In this document: positions 1 to 8,656 of the stretch, in pieces | Position numbering within the stretch: the first letter of the stretch is position 1 | How the letters are laid out: each line of letters opens with the position of its first letter | Virus record (IMG/VR): IMGVR_UViG_3300031992_004563 | Coordinates: 128,001-192,000 of that record | DNA: 64,000 bases | Reading direction: 5' to 3' (one strand) | Source: a virus | Lineage: Duplodnaviria > Heunggongvirae > Uroviricota > Caudoviricetes | The notes under the pieces: generated by a model | What the model saw: only the letters and a program-made list of their open reading frames with translations | What the model was told of the DNA's origin: nothing | The model's database searches: none | Made by a program: the position numbers and the translations under genes

Positions 1-1
1 T

Positions 2-520
2 GCTGATTATTATAGGGTTATTCTCACAAAAACAAGTGATATTATTGCATTTAATACTGTTATTAAACATGATGAAACTATTGAGGAGATACCATTTTAT
101 TTTAAATCTTTGGATATGGCTAAAGATTTTTGCAATATGTTGCCAAACAAAATAACTAAAAAAGTTCTTAAACGAAATATTGAAGGTAGATATAATAGTT
201 ATGTTAGAACATATACTACATATGAATTAACATGTTGCAATAATAAAAAGGCATACATATATTGGGATAAAGTGAAAATTCTGAAAAATGCTTCATATGC
301 AACTAAAGTTGATGTAATATCTGAAACAAATGTTGTAAATTATTTTGTTCCAAGTATTTCATTATATGATACTGAAGATTCTAATTCATCTGGAGCATAT
401 TATCCTTATAATGAAAATTATGAAAAATTAACAGATTTGATTAATTATTTAAATAAGGATACGCGATTCAGTAAAAATGAAGAAGAATATAAATTTGAAT
501 TAATTGCACAAGTACAATAA
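2..520 (+). CDS. Paralog-array protein (5' partial)
   Basis: Frame open from base 2; EEIPFYFKSLDMAKDF and C-terminal YKFELI match the neighbouring paralogs, closest to 4925..5452. Confidence 0.8.
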   Translation, partial: ADYYRVILTKTSDIIAFNTVIKHDETIEEIPFYFKSLDMAKDFCNMLPNKITKKVLKRNIEGRYNSYVRTYTTYELTCCNNKKAYIYWDKVKILKNASYATKVDVISETNVVNYFVPSISLYDTEDSNSSGAYYPYNENYEKLTDLINYLNKDTRFSKNEEEYKFELIAQVQ

Positions 521-523
521 GTT

Positions 524-1054
524 ATGGATAAAGACATTTTAAACAGTTTAAAACCCGGTGAAAAAGTAGCTGATATTCAAGAGCATTACTGGGGACAAAA
601 TGGTGAAAAACTTGTGTATAAAGTGACTATATACACTTGTAAATCATTATTATTTGGAAAATATATTTCCAAATATGAATATCCATTTTACTTTAAAACT
701 AAGGAACTTGCTGAAGAATTTATTCAAGTTCATGATAAGTATAAATTTGACGAATTTTATCGTACTGATTATGCAGGATATACATATACACATTATAAAA
801 TATGTCCAAAAAATATTAGTTTTAGAAAAGCCAATTGTGAATATATATTAGTTAGATCTACAGTTGCAGATTATAATGTAACATATTTAACGTCAGGTGG
901 TATATGGGATGGATATATTGAGTGTAGAAATAAACGCCATAATTCTAATTTTAATTATAAAAAATATTATGCTGAAATTGATAAACTTGAAAATGATGCT
1001 GCCAAGGAAAATACATCTGGCAAAACATATTCATATAAATTAACTGAAGTATGA
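524..1054 (+). CDS. Paralog-array protein
   Basis: ILNSLKPGE...YPFYFKTKELAEEF...GGIWDG...YSYKL family motifs. Confidence 0.85.
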   Translation: MDKDILNSLKPGEKVADIQEHYWGQNGEKLVYKVTIYTCKSLLFGKYISKYEYPFYFKTKELAEEFIQVHDKYKFDEFYRTDYAGYTYTHYKICPKNISFRKANCEYILVRSTVADYNVTYLTSGGIWDGYIECRNKRHNSNFNYKKYYAEIDKLENDAAKENTSGKTYSYKLTEV

Positions 1055-1593
1055 AACAGGAAATATTAAATAATTTAAAACTTGGTGAAAAAGCTGCCGA
1101 TATTCAAGAATATTATTGGGGCACAAATGGTGAAAGACTTGTGTATAAGGTAACCATTTATACATGTGAAAAAATTCCATTTTTAAAAATATTTAAAAAA
1201 CGAGGTATAAATGAATATGTAGTTCCATTTTATTTTGAAACAAAAGAACTTGCTCAAGAATATATTGAATATAGCGATAAGGTCTGGTTTAGACCATTGA
1301 CAGGTGCTTTTAATGGTTATGCTTTATTTTTAACTAATTATGAAAAACAAAAATATGAATATTATTTAGTAAGTGCGGTAGACTATTTTTTAGTACCTGT
1401 ATCTGAAGATCATATTATGTGTAAAGGTGGTGTCTGGAATGGAAAGGTAAATTTTGGATCATATAGACGACCATATAAAACACAAAGCATTTACTTTACA
1501 CAAGTATTTGAAAAAGAAAAAAGAGCTTCAAAGGAAGGTACAATTGGTGAAACATTTTCATATAAATTATATAATATAAATGATGGAAAATAG
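1051..1593 (+). CDS. Paralog-array protein
   Basis: Same family motifs; N-terminus closely similar to 524..1054. Confidence 0.85.
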   Translation: MKQEILNNLKLGEKAADIQEYYWGTNGERLVYKVTIYTCEKIPFLKIFKKRGINEYVVPFYFETKELAQEYIEYSDKVWFRPLTGAFNGYALFLTNYEKQKYEYYLVSAVDYFLVPVSEDHIMCKGGVWNGKVNFGSYRRPYKTQSIYFTQVFEKEKRASKEGTIGETFSYKLYNINDGK

Positions 1594-2086
1594 TACTTTA
1601 AATAATTTAAAACGTGGTGAACAACTTGTAGAAATGCAAGAATGTACATTACATGGAATGGATGTTATTGAAGTAACATTATATAAATGTGTATCTTTTC
1701 TTGGATTTAGAAAAATAAAAACATATACATTTCCATTTTATTTTACATCAAAAGAGGTGGTTGAAAAATTTTTAAAATTTATCAATTATTTTAAAATTGT
1801 TAATGATCATCTTCGTTGGGATAGCAGTGCACATTGTTTTGCTTTATCAATTAAAAATTGCAGAATAGCTCATATGGTTGATGAATATAAAAAGAATGAC
1901 ACCCGTAGATTTACTCATTGTTCATTGACATTTAAAGGCATATGGGGTGGAGAATTAAATGATACATCTGATATGTATCCTAGTAGTATGTCAAATAATT
2001 ATGATTTTATGGAATTTCTTGATTCTTGTAATATTTCTATAAAGAAAGAAAAAACATATACATTTAAAATGATTGAAAATTGTTAA
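1583..2086 (+). CDS. Paralog-array protein
   Basis: LNNLKRGE...FPFYFTSKE...GIWGG...YTFKM. Confidence 0.85.
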   Translation: MENSTLNNLKRGEQLVEMQECTLHGMDVIEVTLYKCVSFLGFRKIKTYTFPFYFTSKEVVEKFLKFINYFKIVNDHLRWDSSAHCFALSIKNCRIAHMVDEYKKNDTRRFTHCSLTFKGIWGGELNDTSDMYPSSMSNNYDFMEFLDSCNISIKKEKTYTFKMIENC

Positions 2087-2089
2087 GTT

Positions 2090-2632
2090 ATGGATCAAAA
2101 TATATTAAATAACTTAAAGGATGGTGAACAAATTGTGGAAATGATTGAATGCACTCTTCATGATGAAAGTGTTATTAAAGCTATCATTTATACATGTCAT
2201 TTAAAAACAATAATTAAAGGGTTTTGGAAAACAGAAACTATAGAAAAACGTAGTTTTGATGAATATGAGTTTCCATTCTATTTTGCATCTAAAGAGTTTG
2301 CACAAGAGTTTGTAGAAAATATGGGAAATTTCCAAATATATTCTACAACTTACTGGGATGATAAAGATTATCCTTGTTATGCACTTAAACTTGCAAAATA
2401 TGATACACATTTAAAATATATGATGGTTGATAGTTTTAAATGGAAAAATAAACAACATTTTGATAATAAGTGTCAACTTCAAGAACGAGGTGTATGGGAT
2501 GGAATGGTAAATTCTGATGGGAGATATTATACTCTCATAGGAGAAAATCTAAATTATAAAGATATATTTAAATTTGAAAATATTGCAACAGAAACCAAAA
2601 AATCTTATGCATTTAAACTGGTAAAACAATAA
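2090..2632 (+). CDS. Paralog-array protein
   Basis: ILNNLKDGE...FPFYFASKE...GVWDG...YAFKL. Confidence 0.85.
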   Translation: MDQNILNNLKDGEQIVEMIECTLHDESVIKAIIYTCHLKTIIKGFWKTETIEKRSFDEYEFPFYFASKEFAQEFVENMGNFQIYSTTYWDDKDYPCYALKLAKYDTHLKYMMVDSFKWKNKQHFDNKCQLQERGVWDGMVNSDGRYYTLIGENLNYKDIFKFENIATETKKSYAFKLVKQ

Positions 2633-2675
2633 CTTCTATTTTTTAGAATCAATAAATTGTATTATTTTTGTATCG
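2631..2675 (+). promoter_or_regulatory. Class I (early) promoter: CTTCTATTTTTTA box + Bacteroidetes -7 TAnnTTTG
   Basis: One of 8 copies with fixed spacing; -7 element matches the Bacteroidetes primary sigma consensus. Confidence 0.75.
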
Positions 2676-2689
2676 ATTTTTAAAATAAA

Positions 2690-3220
2690 ATGGATAAACA
2701 GATATTAAATAGCTTAAATAAAGGTGAACACCTTGTAGAAATGCAAGAATATATATTGCAGAATCAAACTGTATATAAAGTAATTGTATATACATGCACA
2801 GGCAAAACCTTATTTAAAAATAGTAGAATTGACACATTTGAATTTCCATTTTATTTTAAAACTAAATTAATTGCAGAAGAGTTTTTAAAATATTGGGATG
2901 AATTATGGCTATCACATACTACATATTGGAATCATAGTAAAGATAATCACTGCTTCGGATTATATGCAAAAGACCATGATAATAATGTATATACATTAGT
3001 AGATGCATTTAAATTGGATGATGCCAATGCATATAATAATAAGTGTCAATTAACATATGATGGTGTATGGGATGGCACAATATGTAATGACGGAAGATAT
3101 TATACATATTCCCCACATAATTTTTATTTTACACGTATATTTAATTTAGAGAATATTGCTCAAAAAGTAAATAAAAATCCATATGTATTTAAAATGATAA
3201 AAGATTAGGTTCAAAACTGA
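2690..3220 (+). CDS. Paralog-array protein (reads through TAG at 3206)
   Basis: Family motifs; TAG=Q gives the end KDQVQN, like paralog 1 IAQVQ. Confidence 0.8.
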
Positions 3221-3246
3221 AACTTTTACATTTATACGAATATAAT
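3220..3246 (+). promoter_or_regulatory. Class II promoter AAACTTT-N14-TATAAT
   Basis: Same motif and spacing at 14322, 19369 and 26878. Confidence 0.6.
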
Positions 3247-3273
3247 TAATTAACAAACTAAAAATTAATAATT

Positions 3274-4521
3274 ATGGCAACAAAGAAAACAAAAAAGACA
3301 ACAACAGCTGAACCTGTAGTAGAACCTGTAGCAATGGAGGTTAATTACCAAGATTATCAAGATGTTCAATCTATTATGCCACACAGTTCAAAGGAGGAAA
3401 CTCTTGAGGGAGGCAATGGTGTAATTGTATCTAAGCAACGACTTGCTAATGCTGTCGGTTTTGATTATGATAAGCAGATTCAACTTTTGACACCTGCTCA
3501 ACGTAAGAATTATTTGGCAATGGCAAATGCTATTAATGTCAATGATCTTACAAGTATTCAGCAATATGGCGCTGATGTTTCTAAGACCATTGAGGATAAT
3601 GGTAATTCATTGTTGGAGGGTGTTCGTTCCAATAATAACAACAATGAGGCAAACCAACTTATTAATAATTTGTTGGCCGAGCTTAAGATGGTTGATATTG
3701 ATGATTTGCAATCTACTAAGATTAAACGAGTTCTTCGTAAGATTCCTGGATTGCGTAATTTGGTTATGACTGTTGATCGTGCCATGATTAAATATGATAC
3801 GATCAAAAATAATGTTGATCAAATTGCAATGCGCATTAAGCAACATAAAGTTATTGCGGCTCGTGACAATAATACTCTTCAAATTATTTTTGATAATAAT
3901 GTTGAGTATATTAAGGAGATTCGTGATCTTATTATTGCTGCAAAGCTTAAAGAACAGGAAGTTTTGAGTAATATTGATTATATGAAAGATCATCCTGATG
4001 AGTTCTCTCCTATCCAGGTACATGATGCACAGAATTTCCACAATGCATTGACAAAGCGTATTGCTGATATGCAAATTTCTGAATATATTTTCAATCAGAA
4101 TTTGTTCCAAATTCGTGCAATTCAACACAATAACATGTCTATCTCTGACCGTGCAGAGTCTATTGCAACTACTGTAATTCCTATTTGGAAAAATCAATTG
4201 GCATTGTCGGTTATTATGATTAACCAACAAGAAAATATTATGATGCAGCGTAAGGCTAATGAGACAACAAATAAGATTCTATTGCATAACTCTGAATTGA
4301 TGAAGGAGAATTCCATTGCAGCCGCTAAGGCTAATGAGGAGGCTATTGCTTCTCTTGAGACTCTTCAAAAGACAACCAAGGATCTTATTGATACCATTAC
4401 AGAGGTTAAGAAGATTCAAACAGAGGGTGCTAAAATGCGTCAGACCCTTGAGCACAATCTTGTTGAATATGGTACTCAACTTACCAATCAAATCAACCAG
4501 ATTGCGATTGATAAAAAGTAA
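3274..4521 (+). CDS. telA: Toxic anion resistance protein TelA/KlaA family
   Basis: SIQQYGA, RDNNTL, QIRAIQHNN, TVIPIWKNQL, ETTNKILLHNSELMKENS and LETLQKT motifs; helical 415 aa. Confidence 0.85.
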   Translation: MATKKTKKTTTAEPVVEPVAMEVNYQDYQDVQSIMPHSSKEETLEGGNGVIVSKQRLANAVGFDYDKQIQLLTPAQRKNYLAMANAINVNDLTSIQQYGADVSKTIEDNGNSLLEGVRSNNNNNEANQLINNLLAELKMVDIDDLQSTKIKRVLRKIPGLRNLVMTVDRAMIKYDTIKNNVDQIAMRIKQHKVIAARDNNTLQIIFDNNVEYIKEIRDLIIAAKLKEQEVLSNIDYMKDHPDEFSPIQVHDAQNFHNALTKRIADMQISEYIFNQNLFQIRAIQHNNMSISDRAESIATTVIPIWKNQLALSVIMINQQENIMMQRKANETTNKILLHNSELMKENSIAAAKANEEAIASLETLQKTTKDLIDTITEVKKIQTEGAKMRQTLEHNLVEYGTQLTNQINQIAIDKK

Positions 4522-4535
4522 TATAAATTTGTTAA

Positions 4536-4925
4536 ATGTCAGTTACATATAAAGAAAGAGATATAACTGTGGCAGATACAACAAAAAATATTAAAACATA
4601 TCGGCTTGTGGAAATACCTATTAATGGAAATAGTATTTCCACACAGCCGGCATGTCCGCTTAAACCTCATCAAACATTTAATATTGGTGCACATTACAAA
4701 ATTGCTACTCGAATATTAGAAAAAATTTACGAGTGCAAAGCATATATTGATGTTATTGAGGAAAATCCAAATGAATGTTTGGATCTTGTTATTATGAAAC
4801 AAATTGCTGGTCCATATACAATTTCATGGCCATTAACAGAATCAGATTGTGAATTTCTTCATATTGATTATGAAAATGGTTTATTGGTTTTTCCGGCAAC
4901 TTATGATTTTAAATTAGTTAAATAA
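4536..4925 (+). CDS. Hypothetical protein
   Basis: Tightly packed 129-aa ORF. Confidence 0.7.
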   Translation: MSVTYKERDITVADTTKNIKTYRLVEIPINGNSISTQPACPLKPHQTFNIGAHYKIATRILEKIYECKAYIDVIEENPNECLDLVIMKQIAGPYTISWPLTESDCEFLHIDYENGLLVFPATYDFKLVK

Positions 4926-5452
4926 TGACAACAAATAATCACACATACGTAAAAATTATAAAGGATAACAAAACAAATTGTTATAATGTTATCCTTACAA
5001 AAACATATGATACAATATTCGGCCACAAAGAAAAGGTTGAAGAAATTCCATTCTGTTTTACAACATTAGATGGGGCAAAAGATTTTGTAAGTATTTTGCC
5101 ATCTAATATTAAAAAATGTTCACAAAAAACATATAAATGTGAACATTGCCATATATGTTATAAAGCATATGAAACATATGAGTTAACAGTTGGTGACTAT
5201 AAAATATATGTAAAATGGAATGAAACTTCCAAAAAAGATGGTATATTTTATCGTGAGACAAGAAAGCCATATAATAATATTGTATATGCATTTTATAGTC
5301 CAGTTGTTGGAAATAAAGTTGATGATAATTATGAATGGAATATGGAATATCCAACATTATCTGAATTGGTAAAAAAATTGAATGAACATAAAAGTGAGCG
5401 TGAGAAAAAGGAAGAGGTTGAAGAATATAATTATGAATTAGTATCACAATGA
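4925..5452 (+). CDS. Paralog-array protein
   Basis: YNVILTKT...EEIPFCFTTLDGAKDF...YNYELV, like 2..520. Confidence 0.8.
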   Translation: MTTNNHTYVKIIKDNKTNCYNVILTKTYDTIFGHKEKVEEIPFCFTTLDGAKDFVSILPSNIKKCSQKTYKCEHCHICYKAYETYELTVGDYKIYVKWNETSKKDGIFYRETRKPYNNIVYAFYSPVVGNKVDDNYEWNMEYPTLSELVKKLNEHKSEREKKEEVEEYNYELVSQ

Positions 5453-6201
5453 AAATAATTGAAAAACGAAATATTGATACTCCGCTTTTAAGCATTGAGT
5501 CTTTTGGTGTTCATTGGAAGCCCAATGGCTGGGGTACTAATGATAATTACACAAAATATTTTGTGGCAAGTTTAGACTTTAATGTTAAAAAATTATTTGG
5601 AAGCTATAATAAGCAAATTTATATTCCAATATTGTTTTTTGATGAAAATGAAATTAAATCTATAATGGCACATTATAGTGATATATATTTCATTTTAAGA
5701 TTTAAATATAGTTATAGCGATACACATTATTCGGATTTATATCATATTTCAAATATTGTTGATATTGAAAAAATCTATAAAAAGGAATTAAATAGTTTTT
5801 TAAATGGTGAAACACATCATACAACAGAATATGGCATAGATTTTATTGTACGAGACTATAAAGGATATGATATTGTATTAAATACACAATTTACTTCTCA
5901 TGGATATGTCGATAATGTTGGATTACCTGAAATTGAAACAATATGCGCAATAGATGGGTATAATCTAATAGAAGGAACATGTTTATCACAAATTGAGAAG
6001 AATTATAAAAAATTTCCGCAATTAACATCTTATTCAATAAAACAAACAAATTCTGATACATATCATTCAATATATAATATTGACAAATTTGACAAAATGT
6101 TGAAATATATTGATAAAAAGGATGAAGAAAGACAAGAGCGTGAAAAGAAATTAGAAACAATGTATTCAAAGAAAACATTTAAACTTGTTGAAGATTTATA
6201 A
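5449..6201 (+). CDS. Hypothetical protein, possible divergent paralog-array member
   Basis: KKLFG...IPILFF and C-terminal KTFKLV weakly echo the family. Confidence 0.7.
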   Translation: MKIIEKRNIDTPLLSIESFGVHWKPNGWGTNDNYTKYFVASLDFNVKKLFGSYNKQIYIPILFFDENEIKSIMAHYSDIYFILRFKYSYSDTHYSDLYHISNIVDIEKIYKKELNSFLNGETHHTTEYGIDFIVRDYKGYDIVLNTQFTSHGYVDNVGLPEIETICAIDGYNLIEGTCLSQIEKNYKKFPQLTSYSIKQTNSDTYHSIYNIDKFDKMLKYIDKKDEERQEREKKLETMYSKKTFKLVEDL

Positions 6202-6216
6202 TTATAATATTAATAT

Positions 6217-6627
6217 ATGAAATCAAAAGAACAAATTTTATCAACATTTAAAAAGAATTATAAACCATGTTTTTTATTAGCATGGTTACGTTTTTTGTCA
6301 TATGATGAAATGAAACAAATTGATTTATTAGAACCTTATGATGCGGCTTTAAGTGCAAAACAGGTTAAATCAAGTAAGGACTGGGACAATCTGGTTATTC
6401 AATATGATAATCAAAATCTATTATATGGATTATGTATATTGATGAGAAAGTTATTTAATGCGATTGTTGATGAAAATTGGACGATGGGAAGTGTTTATGC
6501 GAATGATGTTAAAACGTGGCTAAACATTTTAGATGATAATGAATTTAATATTGATAGTTCGTTATGCTCAACCAAAATTATAAACTATTATAAAAAGGTT
6601 GCACAAAAATATAAAATTGACCTATAA
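6217..6627 (+). CDS. Hypothetical protein
   Basis: 136-aa ORF in operon. Confidence 0.7.
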   Translation: MKSKEQILSTFKKNYKPCFLLAWLRFLSYDEMKQIDLLEPYDAALSAKQVKSSKDWDNLVIQYDNQNLLYGLCILMRKLFNAIVDENWTMGSVYANDVKTWLNILDDNEFNIDSSLCSTKIINYYKKVAQKYKIDL

Positions 6628-6633
6628 TTAATT

Positions 6634-6957
6634 ATGAATAACGATAATAATGAATCAACAGGAAATCCTGAATTTGAAAAATGGGCTAATAAATTAGAAC
6701 ATATGTCAGATAAAGAAATTTCTTATGAGATTTATCAACGAATTATGTCAAGTAATGAAATTGATCAAGAATCTCTTAAATTATTTTCAATGGCATATGA
6801 GTATTGCATGAAATTAATTAATCAAGGAAAAAATCTTGAGCCAAATCTTTTAAAAATCTATCTTGAAGATGTTAAGGGGCAAGATATAACTCAAATTAAT
6901 TTGATTAATTTATTTGCATTATTGGCAATTTGTGGAATAAACTTTAGTAAAGCTTAA
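6634..6957 (+). CDS. Hypothetical protein
   Basis: 107-aa ORF in operon. Confidence 0.7.
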   Translation: MNNDNNESTGNPEFEKWANKLEHMSDKEISYEIYQRIMSSNEIDQESLKLFSMAYEYCMKLINQGKNLEPNLLKIYLEDVKGQDITQINLINLFALLAICGINFSKA

Positions 6958-6959
6958 AT

Positions 6960-7925
6960 ATGGAAAACGAAATTAAAGAATGGTTAAAAGAAAATAAAGT
7001 ATGTATAGTGACAAATAGTTTATCATCTGTGCCTGGATCTTTATTTTTGCATTCATTAAAAACATATGTTAATTATATTCCTGAAGATAACTTTATGCTT
7101 ATTCCAGGAATGGATGATAGTGGAAAACCTATTTATGGGTTAACTGCATTTATTAGAATGATTAATGTAATGATATCTCAACAGTATTCAGATGTTTTTG
7201 ATTATATCATTTATATTGATGAAGATTGTTTTATTAAAAGGTTTGATTTACTTATAGAAGAATTCAAAAAATTTATAAATGGAAATTATTGTTTAGGAGG
7301 ATTGGCTGATGGTGGAATAATTTGTCATCGCAATCAATCAAGATTTTTAATAAACACATTTTTGAGTTTTTGGAATATTAAAGCTATAAGAGAAAATTAT
7401 GAAATTTTTGGTAGATGGTATCATGATTTATCATATGCTGTAAAACCATATAAAGCATTTATTGAAAAACTTCAAAAAGAAAATGATGGTGAGCTTTATA
7501 ATGTAATGGATAAATTGTCAAAAAATATAATTAGAAAAACAACTGATTATAGAATTACCAATTTTAAACATGATCCACCACATGCAAACACAATAAAGAA
7601 TGATCCATCAAATACATATGAGCCTCAACAAGTTCCTTATTCATTTAAAGGATGTCCTGATAAAAACATGGAACCTTATTATTTAGTTGAAGAGGCTATT
7701 GTTCTTTCAACTAAACAACCTATATATTATTTGTATGGTTCAGACTTATATACTAATGAAGAAACAACAATGGATAATTCTGGTATAACAACTGTTGTTA
7801 TGGGCGAGAATAATGAACATATTGCATATCATACATGGTATGCCAGATATTATAAACCATTTACAAACATAGAAGAAATTAAAAAACATGTAGATAGAAT
7901 TAAGTCAGTTATGACAAGTATATGA
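6960..7925 (+). CDS. Putative GT-A fold glycosyltransferase
   Basis: FDYIIYIDEDCFI (DxD after a hydrophobic strand); late HTWYAR His motif. Confidence 0.6.
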   Translation: MENEIKEWLKENKVCIVTNSLSSVPGSLFLHSLKTYVNYIPEDNFMLIPGMDDSGKPIYGLTAFIRMINVMISQQYSDVFDYIIYIDEDCFIKRFDLLIEEFKKFINGNYCLGGLADGGIICHRNQSRFLINTFLSFWNIKAIRENYEIFGRWYHDLSYAVKPYKAFIEKLQKENDGELYNVMDKLSKNIIRKTTDYRITNFKHDPPHANTIKNDPSNTYEPQQVPYSFKGCPDKNMEPYYLVEEAIVLSTKQPIYYLYGSDLYTNEETTMDNSGITTVVMGENNEHIAYHTWYARYYKPFTNIEEIKKHVDRIKSVMTSI

Positions 7926-8016
7926 CAATATATGACAAATTGACATATATTTAATGTCAAAATATGACAAAATATAATTAAAATGAACAAAGTTGCAGTT
8001 TGGCACACTTTTTGTA
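7912..8016 (+). promoter_or_regulatory. Sigma54-type -24/-12 promoter with upstream TGACA/TGTCA repeats
   Basis: TGGCACACTTTTTGTA at 8001-8016 has exact GG...G spacing; TGACA at 7912, 7923, 7933, 7941 and 7965, TGTCA at 7955. Confidence 0.6.
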
Positions 8017-8058
8017 ATATTATTAATAGGAAAATTAAAAAAATAAAAATCTATTAGT

Positions 8059-8616
8059 ATGAAAAAGGTTAATGAAATGACAAATGCTGAATTAAAGCAA
8101 AACATTGAATTTATGGAAAATATTGATTCTCCAGAAGCAAAAAAACTTACTGAAGAATTTCGTAAAGAACTCGAAAAACGTGAAGCAGAGGCTGAAGCAA
8201 AACGTAAAGCTGAAGAAGCTAAAAAAGCTGAAGAAAATGCGAAGCGTGAAGCAGAGGCTTTAGACAAAGAACTTGGAATGTTCGAGGCACAAAAAGGTGT
8301 TATTGGTAAATGCTATAAGAAAGTATTTTATGATACTAATTATTTGAAGCCAACTATTCATTATACAGTTTACTACAAAGTGGTAGGTGTATATGAGGAT
8401 AAAGCAATTGTATCATTTATTAAGAAATTTGAATATTCTGATATGGTAAGCAAAGCAATTACCTATATTGATATTAAAGATTTGCTTGATAAAAATGAGC
8501 ATTATGAAATAATTCCTCTTAAAGATTATAATGCTGAATATGCAAAAACTAAATTATCATTTGATAGTTTGGCAGATGTATTTAATAAAATTTTTAAAGA
8601 CAGTTTGTTCTTTTAA
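8059..8616 (+). CDS. Hypothetical protein with E/A/K-rich coiled coil
   Basis: 185-aa ORF, first gene after the sigma54-like promoter. Confidence 0.75.
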   Translation: MKKVNEMTNAELKQNIEFMENIDSPEAKKLTEEFRKELEKREAEAEAKRKAEEAKKAEENAKREAEALDKELGMFEAQKGVIGKCYKKVFYDTNYLKPTIHYTVYYKVVGVYEDKAIVSFIKKFEYSDMVSKAITYIDIKDLLDKNEHYEIIPLKDYNAEYAKTKLSFDSLADVFNKIFKDSLFF

Positions 8617-8656
8617 TTAACACTAGAAAAATTAACATTTAAAAATAATATAAGTT

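Noticed and set aside
3527-4552. Antisense and alternate-frame ORFs over telA (likewise over dnaK, the RM gene and nrdD)
   Set aside because: Shadow ORFs of well-supported genes, with no motifs or start context
8059-8616. GrpE candidate upstream of dnaK
   Set aside because: Coiled coil is present but no GrpE motifs such as the C-terminal GY..R.A.V
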